Shown piece by piece: positions 58,260 through 64,000 of a DNA stretch of 64,000 nt. Source of the stretch: Gammaproteobacteria bacterium (GTDB lineage: Bacteria; Pseudomonadota; Gammaproteobacteria; Steroidobacterales; Rariloculaceae); NCBI GenBank assembly GCA_022819855.1, contig JAJEGN010000005.1, positions 69,724 through 133,723 of the forward strand, in the 5' to 3' direction. A program made the translations under genes and the position numbers. Each line of letters opens with the position of its first letter. Within the stretch, counting starts at the first letter, position 1. The notes beneath the pieces were generated by a model that was not told the origin of the DNA, did no database searches, and was given only the letters and a program-made list of their open reading frames with translations.

Positions 58260-59258
58260 ATGTCAGTGCTGGTCGAAGACATCGAACTTGACCAGTCAAA
58301 CCCAAGGATTCGTAAGTTCCTTGAAATGTACGGCGACGAACCAACTTCAGAGCAAATCTTCCTTGCCCTCGGTGCCGGGAACGAGGATGACGTCGGTTCA
58401 TCGAACAGCACCACTTATGAGAAGCTTAAACAATCGATCATTTCGAACGGTGGCATCATACAGCCGATAATCTTGAACCGACGCAGCGACGGATCGCTGA
58501 TTTGCGTCGAGGGCAATACGCGTGTCGCCCTTTACAAACACTTTCACGATACCAATGTAAAAGGCGACTGGACGCACATCCCGGCATTGGTTCATGATGA
58601 GATCGACCAAGCGTCGGTCCACGCAATTCGCCTGCAGGTACATCTGGTTGGCCCCCGCCCTTGGGATCCCTATTCAAAAGCCAAGTACCTGTACGAGCTT
58701 CGCACACAGCAGCATCTTCCCTTCGCAACCATCGTGGACTATTGCGGTGGGCGCCAAAACGAAGTGGTCGAGAGCATAAATGCCTACGCTGACATGGAGC
58801 AATACTATCGTCCAGTTGTCGGCGACGACGGAGAGTTCGACACGACTCGCTTCAGTGGATTTGTGGAATTGCAGAAGCCCGGGCTGAAGCAGGCCATCAC
58901 TGCCGCAGGATTCGACTTAAGCGACTTCGCTCGATGGATTCATGACGGTAGGCTCTTCCCCCTGCAGAAGGTACGAGTACTTCCTCGTATCTTGCGCAAT
59001 GAGAAGGCCCGCGCGATTTTTCTCAAGCAGGGTGCGCGCACGGCTGAGTCAGTGCTGGAAAAGCCAGACCTAAATCGGACGCTTCAGGAGGCTGAAATCG
59101 GCCAATTTGCGCGGGCGCTGGTCGCCAAGATCGCCTCACTCCCTTACAGTGAGTGCCAACGAATTTCGAACGATATCGGCGGCGATACAGCACAGGCCCT
59201 AATTGACGCTCAAGCTGAACTCACGGAATTGACCAAATCCCTCGGCCTAACAACCTGA
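58260..59258 (+). CDS. ParB N-terminal (ParB/Srx fold) domain protein, paralogue 1
   Basis: ATG 58260 with AGGAG 5 nt upstream. IELDQSNPRI, then LKQSIISNGGIIQPIIL..DGSLICVEGNTRVALYKH (GxxR box at nt 58512-58523). Helical C-terminal half. Confidence 0.7.
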   Translation: MSVLVEDIELDQSNPRIRKFLEMYGDEPTSEQIFLALGAGNEDDVGSSNSTTYEKLKQSIISNGGIIQPIILNRRSDGSLICVEGNTRVALYKHFHDTNVKGDWTHIPALVHDEIDQASVHAIRLQVHLVGPRPWDPYSKAKYLYELRTQQHLPFATIVDYCGGRQNEVVESINAYADMEQYYRPVVGDDGEFDTTRFSGFVELQKPGLKQAITAAGFDLSDFARWIHDGRLFPLQKVRVLPRILRNEKARAIFLKQGARTAESVLEKPDLNRTLQEAEIGQFARALVAKIASLPYSECQRISNDIGGDTAQALIDAQAELTELTKSLGLTT

Positions 59259-59259
59259 T

Positions 59260-59673
59260 ATGCCCGAGTCAGCGGCCCATTCCAGCCTAGTCCAGACCGT
59301 CATCCGCTACGCGGAACGCGAATTCGGGGGCCTTGCCAATATCGCGATCCGAGAGGACGCGCTACGTCCGCTTAGGGGAGAAAGGCCGCCGAAAATTGAA
59401 GGCCATGTTCCAGACGTGTTCGTTATCAATGTCCCGACCACCACGACACTCATCGGCGAAGCCAAAACAGAGCACGATATCGATACTCACCATTCGCACC
59501 AGCAGATTTCAGCCTTTCTGCGTTACCTGTCAAATACGCCGCGGGGCATATTCGTATTTAGCGTTCCCTTCGGCTCCGCCGCGGCAGCCCGTAGGCTTCT
59601 TGCCCAACTCAACCAGCCCTTCTCGCACGCTGCCACCAGAACAGTCGTACTCAACACCTCAGATCTAGAGTAG
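59260..59673 (+). CDS. Small (137 aa) putative PD-(D/E)xK nuclease-fold protein
   Basis: HVPDVFVINVPTTTTLIGEAKT gives P51-D52 (nt 59413-59415) and E67-A-K69 (to nt 59466). Its start is 1 nt after the upstream stop. Confidence 0.5.
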   Translation: MPESAAHSSLVQTVIRYAEREFGGLANIAIREDALRPLRGERPPKIEGHVPDVFVINVPTTTTLIGEAKTEHDIDTHHSHQQISAFLRYLSNTPRGIFVFSVPFGSAAAARRLLAQLNQPFSHAATRTVVLNTSDLE

Positions 59674-59686
59674 AAATGATTCAGCT

Positions 59687-61168
59687 ATGTTGAAGGTTCG
59701 GAAGGCAGCAAATCTTCAAGCCAAATGGTCCGCATTCCCGCATCAACTGGATGCCTTCGAAGCAATCAAGGACCTCCCCTACGCGGCAGTTTTTCACGAG
59801 CAGGGACTTGGGAAAACAAAAATCGGCCTCGACCTGGCCTTGTCTTGGTTGGATCGCGATATCGTTGATTCTGTTCTTGTCGTCGCCAAGAAGTCGCTAA
59901 TCGCCAATTGGCGGTCGGAAGTAGCGACCCATTCCCACTTGACCCCGCGCATCCTGGGACAAGACCGCAACGCGAACTTTTTCGCCTTCAACAGCCCTGT
60001 GCGCCTTTATCTAATGCACTATGAGGCGCTGGTTTCGGAGCGCAAGCGCTTGGATCTCTTCCTTAGAACCCGCCGCGTGGGTGTGCTGCTGGACGAGGCG
60101 CAGAAGATCAAGAACCCCAACACGAGGATTAGCCGCGCGCTTCACGCACTTGCCGACGGCTTCGTCCGTCGAGTCATCATGACTGGTACCCCCGTAGCCA
60201 ATCGTCCCTACGATCTGTGGTCGCAGGTACGGTTCCTCGACGGCGGCAAGTCACTCGGTCACGATTTCACGGACTTCAAGCGCGCTCTGGACTTGACGAA
60301 CGAGCTCGCCCGTGACACGGAGCGTGCGACCGCCTTTGCCTCTGATCTCGACAGGCTCTTCGACAAGATTTCCCATTTTTCGATCCGCGAGACCAAGAAG
60401 ACCGCCGGACTGAATCTACCGGGCAAAACAATTCAAAACGTAGAGTGCCAGCTCGAGTCATCTCAGGCCGAGATGTACAACCAGTTCCGCTACGAACTCG
60501 CGGCCGTCGTCGTTCAAGAGGGACGAGCTGTTCTGGACGACGCCGAAGGCCTGCTAAAGCGCCTGCTTCGCCTAGTTCAAGTCGCATCGAATCCCGCGAC
60601 GATCGACCAATCCTACAAGGCACAACCCGGCAAACTCTTGTATTTGGACAACCTGGTCCACGAAGCGGTGGATGCAGGCGACAAGGTTATCGTCTGGACA
60701 TCGTTCACTGCAAACGCGGACTTTCTGGGACTGCATCTGGCCGAGTTTGGCGCCGTTGTTGTGCATGGTGGGCTTAGCCTCGGAGTTCGCGAAGAAGCGC
60801 TTGCTACTTTCAAGACCAATCCGGAGTGCCAAGTCCTTGTAGCCACACCCGGAGCTGCGAAGGAAGGGCTGACGTTAACTGTCGCCAACCATGCGGTGTT
60901 TTTTGATCGCAGCTTCAGTCTCGACGATTACCTGCAAGCGCAAGACCGTATCCATAGAATTTCGCAAGACAAACCCTGCCATGTAACCAATTTGGTTGCG
61001 ACTGGTACGGTAGACGCTTGGGTGGACGCATTGCTAGCCGCCAAGCATCTGGCTGCTCAACTCGGACAAGGCGACATTACCCGCCGGGAATACGACCGCC
61101 GCGCCGACTACGCGTTTGGAGATATGGTTCGAGATGTCCTGCAGCTAGACGGAGCAGTTGAACAATGA
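59687..61168 (+). CDS. Compact SNF2-family helicase/translocase
   Basis: Motif I EQGLGKTK (nt 59804-59818), II LLDEAQKIKN (DEAQ = nt 60092-60103), III MTGTPVANRPYDLWSQVRFL, V ATPGAAKEGLTL, VI QAQDRIHRISQ. Confidence 0.9.
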   Translation: MLKVRKAANLQAKWSAFPHQLDAFEAIKDLPYAAVFHEQGLGKTKIGLDLALSWLDRDIVDSVLVVAKKSLIANWRSEVATHSHLTPRILGQDRNANFFAFNSPVRLYLMHYEALVSERKRLDLFLRTRRVGVLLDEAQKIKNPNTRISRALHALADGFVRRVIMTGTPVANRPYDLWSQVRFLDGGKSLGHDFTDFKRALDLTNELARDTERATAFASDLDRLFDKISHFSIRETKKTAGLNLPGKTIQNVECQLESSQAEMYNQFRYELAAVVVQEGRAVLDDAEGLLKRLLRLVQVASNPATIDQSYKAQPGKLLYLDNLVHEAVDAGDKVIVWTSFTANADFLGLHLAEFGAVVVHGGLSLGVREEALATFKTNPECQVLVATPGAAKEGLTLTVANHAVFFDRSFSLDDYLQAQDRIHRISQDKPCHVTNLVATGTVDAWVDALLAAKHLAAQLGQGDITRREYDRRADYAFGDMVRDVLQLDGAVEQ

Positions 61169-62175
61169 CCGACTCAAAAACAAAAGATTCACAGCCAGAG
61201 ACACTGCTCATTCGCGGGGTGGATATACCAGTTCAGACTGTGACGATGTTGCAGGCAGATCTCCGCTTCTTTGTCGACAATCCGCGGGTCTATTCCATCC
61301 TTCGATTGGACGGCAGCAAGCCAAGCCAGGCCGACATACAGCAAAAGCTGCTTAAAATGGATCACGTCAAAGCACTGATTCAGGACATAAAGCGCGATGG
61401 CGGACTAACCGATCCTGTCATCGTCCGGGCCGGTAGTATGGAGGTCTTGGAAGGAAACAGCCGACTCGCGGCTTACCGCGTGTTGTACAGGATCGACCCT
61501 ATTAGGTGGGCCAAGATCAAGTGCAGGCTCTTGCCCGAGGATATCGATGAACGTCTCATCTTCGCGCTACTCGGTCAGTACCACATCAAGGGCAAGAAGG
61601 ATTGGGCCCCGTTTGAACAGGCTGGATTTCTCTATCGACGTTCAACGACTCACAATCTTGACCCCGCACAGCTCGCCCGAGAGATCGGCTTGTCGAAGAG
61701 GAAGGTCGAACACCTTATCGCCACCTACCAGTTCATGCTCGATCATAAAGAGAGCGATACAGCCCGCTGGAGCTACTACGACGAATATCTGAAGTCCCGG
61801 ATAATCCGTAAAGCGCGGCTCAATCAGCCCGGCTTCGACGACCTTGTCGTCGAGAAGATCAAGTCTGGAGAGATTGCGAAAGCAGTCGATGTCCGCAACC
61901 GATTGCCCGTGATCTGCTCTGCGCCCAAGGTATTGAAGAAATTCGCGAAGAGGGCTTATGACTTCGAGGATGCGCACGAACAAGCCGTGGATGCCGGGGC
62001 CGACAGCGCGCCCTATCGAAGGCTTGCCACATTTCGGCAATGGATTGCGAAGCCGGAAGTGGCCAGAACCCTGGGACGTACTCAAGGACAGACCCGGAAG
62101 AAAATTGAGTTCGAGCTTGACAAGCTCGCGAGGCGCATCCAGGTCGTGAGAGGCCAGCTCAATCGGAAAACCTGA
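61165..62175 (+). CDS. ParB N-terminal domain protein, paralogue 2
   Basis: ATGA overlap with the SNF2 stop. FVDNPRV, then LIQDIKRDGGLTDPVIVRAGSMEVLEGNSRLAAYR (GxxRxxA box at nt 61453-61464). Its C-terminal half is alignable with that of 58260..59258. Confidence 0.7.
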   Translation: MTDSKTKDSQPETLLIRGVDIPVQTVTMLQADLRFFVDNPRVYSILRLDGSKPSQADIQQKLLKMDHVKALIQDIKRDGGLTDPVIVRAGSMEVLEGNSRLAAYRVLYRIDPIRWAKIKCRLLPEDIDERLIFALLGQYHIKGKKDWAPFEQAGFLYRRSTTHNLDPAQLAREIGLSKRKVEHLIATYQFMLDHKESDTARWSYYDEYLKSRIIRKARLNQPGFDDLVVEKIKSGEIAKAVDVRNRLPVICSAPKVLKKFAKRAYDFEDAHEQAVDAGADSAPYRRLATFRQWIAKPEVARTLGRTQGQTRKKIEFELDKLARRIQVVRGQLNRKT

Positions 62176-62241
62176 ATCTACGCCAGGTCACAAAACGCAC
62201 GACGGCAGATATACCCCTTGACTCGCAGAAAAAATCAACGC

Positions 62242-62266
62242 AAAGTGCAGCCTACGGCTGCACTTT
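62242..62266 (+). promoter_or_regulatory. Perfect 11-bp stem / 3-nt loop hairpin in the only sizeable intergenic gap of the operon
   Basis: AAAGTGCAGCC-TAC-GGCTGCACTTT, followed 8 nt later by TTTT. A TTGACT hexamer lies at 62218-62223 upstream. The function (attenuator, terminator or processing site) is not established. Confidence 0.5.
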
Positions 62267-62283
62267 AGGGGAATTTTCGGCTC

Positions 62284-63312
62284 ATGTCGTCCACAATTGC
62301 GATCGACTGCCTCCGCGGCCGGTCGGCGCACCGTTCAGTCTTGCTCGGGTGTGCGCCCGCAGACTTGCTGTATAAGGTGAGCTTTCCGGATGTTTTCGAC
62401 GAGGATAGCGGACACGGCTATCAGCGACCCTTCAATGAGCGGCACAGTCAGGACTTCCGGCGCTACATCAAGAAAGCTCACAGTTCAACCATTCCGCTGA
62501 CACTGAACCTACGGCCTTCTGCCGAAGGCAAGTGGCGCATCCTCGAATTGACCAATGGCAGGGTTCGGTTGGAAATAGATGCCAATGCAGGAAAGATCAT
62601 GGCGCAGGTCGATTGCCAGCACCGGCTCGGCCATTTGGGTGACCTCCCGATTCAGTTGCCCTTCATGTGTTTCATTGGGCTCTCCGAGCAGGACGAGATG
62701 GAGATTTTCAGCATCATAAACGGCAAAGCCAAGGGACTGAGCACTAGCTTGCTGGACTACCACGCAGCGCAGCTTGCCGAGAATCTGGCAGAAGACCGCC
62801 CAGAATTGTTCATCGCATTACAGCTCAACAGCATCGAAGACTCGCCATTCTTTCGACGGTTGAACTTAGGCGGTAAGACCACATCCGGACTCAAGCGAAT
62901 TGTCTCGTTGCGGATGATGCAGCAGGCAGTCAAGAAATTCTTGAAGGCAACCGCAATCCTTTCCACTGACTCTGTTGACCACGCCGCTACCGTGGTCCTT
63001 GACTTCTGGACTGCGGTCTCGGTTGTGCTTGCAGACCAATGGGCGAACCCCCGTCGACATATGATTGCCAAGGGTATCGGGGTCTATTCGCTCATGACGA
63101 TAGCAGCCGATATTTACATAGAGTGCCGTGATGCCGATAGGAACTGCGACAGGCGGGCCTTCATCACTGCCCTGGCAGATTTTGCCGGCTCGATTGATTG
63201 GTCCACCTCAGGCCCTCTCAAGGGGTTTGGCGGACAAGGCGGGGTCACGGCCGCCGTTGACCACCTACGCGAAGCGAGAAAACAGGCACGATACAAGGTG
63301 GTGAATGGCTAA
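62284..63312 (+). CDS. DGQHR-domain (DndB/DpdB-like, ParB-fold) protein
   Basis: GYQRPFNERHSQDFRRYI, then QVDCQHRLGHL (DCQHR = nt 62611-62625). This is a variant of the DGQHR signature. Confidence 0.75.
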   Translation: MSSTIAIDCLRGRSAHRSVLLGCAPADLLYKVSFPDVFDEDSGHGYQRPFNERHSQDFRRYIKKAHSSTIPLTLNLRPSAEGKWRILELTNGRVRLEIDANAGKIMAQVDCQHRLGHLGDLPIQLPFMCFIGLSEQDEMEIFSIINGKAKGLSTSLLDYHAAQLAENLAEDRPELFIALQLNSIEDSPFFRRLNLGGKTTSGLKRIVSLRMMQQAVKKFLKATAILSTDSVDHAATVVLDFWTAVSVVLADQWANPRRHMIAKGIGVYSLMTIAADIYIECRDADRNCDRRAFITALADFAGSIDWSTSGPLKGFGGQGGVTAAVDHLREARKQARYKVVNG

Positions 63313-64000
63313 CAAGAACATTCTCCTCATTGAACCGGGCTACAAGAACAAGTATCCACCGCTCGGTTTGATGAAGATTGCCCAATATCACGGTCCGCGT
63401 GGCAAGAGAGACCGTGTGCGCTTCATCAAGGGAACCGACCGCTCGGTTCTATCTGAGGCTTGGGACCGGATCTACGTCACGACGCTTTTCTCTTTCGAAT
63501 ACCGAAAGACCGCACAGACGATCGACTTCGCCTTGGATGTCGCCAATAGGCAGGCCGACAAAGTCTTCGTCGGCGGCATAGCAGCGTCGCTCATGCATGA
63601 ACGCTTCCTTAACGAACCGCGCTGGCAAGGCGTGCGCTTCATCAAAGGACTGCTGTCAGCGCCGCCCGCGATTTCCCTTCAACTTGATGACTTCGCAGAA
63701 GAGCTCTACGCAGACGACACCATCGGGAAGCCGATAGAAGATCTCGTGCCAGATTACGGCATCATTGACCAGATCGACTATAACTACGCCGTTCGGGACG
63801 CGTACTTTGCGTACACGACCCGTGGCTGCATCCGCAAATGTCACTTTTGCGGTGTGCCAAAGCTTGAGGGCAAACAGCGCGACACTGAGTCGTTGAGTTC
63901 AACCGTACGTGCCATTGAGGAACTATACGGGCCGAAGAAAGACCTGATCCTCATGGACAACAACGTTGTCGCTTCTCCTCGCTTTAAGGAAATAATTGCC
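63305..64000 (+). CDS. Radical SAM protein with B12-binding-like N-terminal domain (5' partial; runs off the window)
   Basis: Not in the ORF track because there is no stop. ATG 63305 overlaps the upstream gene by 8 nt, and the frame is open for 232 codons. NILLIEPGYKNKYPPLGLMKIAQYH (B12-binding-type start), then YTTRGCIRKCHFCGVP with CxxxCxxC at nt 63827-63850. Confidence 0.8.
   Translation, partial: MANKNILLIEPGYKNKYPPLGLMKIAQYHGPRGKRDRVRFIKGTDRSVLSEAWDRIYVTTLFSFEYRKTAQTIDFALDVANRQADKVFVGGIAASLMHERFLNEPRWQGVRFIKGLLSAPPAISLQLDDFAEELYADDTIGKPIEDLVPDYGIIDQIDYNYAVRDAYFAYTTRGCIRKCHFCGVPKLEGKQRDTESLSSTVRAIEELYGPKKDLILMDNNVVASPRFKEIIA

Noticed and set aside
62284-63312. Calling the DGQHR gene dndB or dpdB.
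   Set aside because: No dndACDE, cysteine desulfurase, PAPS-reductase-like or TGT-like dpdA gene is present in the visible operon. The motif is the variant DCQHR.
63378-63844. Listed ORFs 63378..63581 (+) and 63656..63844 (-).
   Set aside because: Both lie inside, or antisense to, the open frame starting at 63305. That frame carries the radical SAM CxxxCxxC motif and B12-binding-like N-terminus.

Overview
This 64-kb window comes from a high-GC proteobacterial chromosome, most likely gammaproteobacterial. Spot counts of 60-nt lines give roughly 65-70% GC in the middle. All domain and family calls are from motif recognition by eye; no searches were run.

Core genome (about 4.98-55.14 kb): xthA, prlC, gor, aroE, tag, comM, ubiK, hemX-hemY, ubiD, dapF-DUF484-xerC, hslVU and DUF971-ubiE-ubiJ-ubiB. 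It also holds peptidase, serine-hydrolase and cytochrome genes, a secreted ankyrin-repeat protein and a DUF1592/DUF1552/dihaem-cytochrome trio.

Cassette inside the core: about 17.6 kb is bracketed by two identical tRNA-Arg(CCG) genes that share promoter and downstream sequence. It carries a LysR-regulated uptake/catabolic cluster: oxidoreductases, two EthD-like paralogues, a TonB-dependent receptor, secreted proteins with unusual Pro/Gly tracts, a PhlG-like hydrolase and an MFS transporter.

Two lower-GC accessory segments (spot counts about 48-57%) sit at the window edges:
- Left edge (1-4.98 kb): the 3' end of an unknown gene coupled to a 1098-aa N6-adenine DNA methyltransferase, followed by an IS256-transposase relic and orphan ORFs.
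- Right edge (55.1-64.0 kb, running off the window): this is the most interesting part. It has a TIR-domain gene plus an Abi_C/HEPN-like gene. These are followed by a tightly coupled operon: ParB-like, mini PD-(D/E)xK, SNF2 helicase, second ParB-like, DGQHR (DndB-like), and a B12-binding-type radical SAM protein. The radical SAM gene is absent from the ORF track because it has no stop inside the window.

I cannot match this gene combination to Dnd, Dpd, Ssp, BREX, DISARM or Thoeris. I propose it as a candidate undescribed DNA-modification/defence system.
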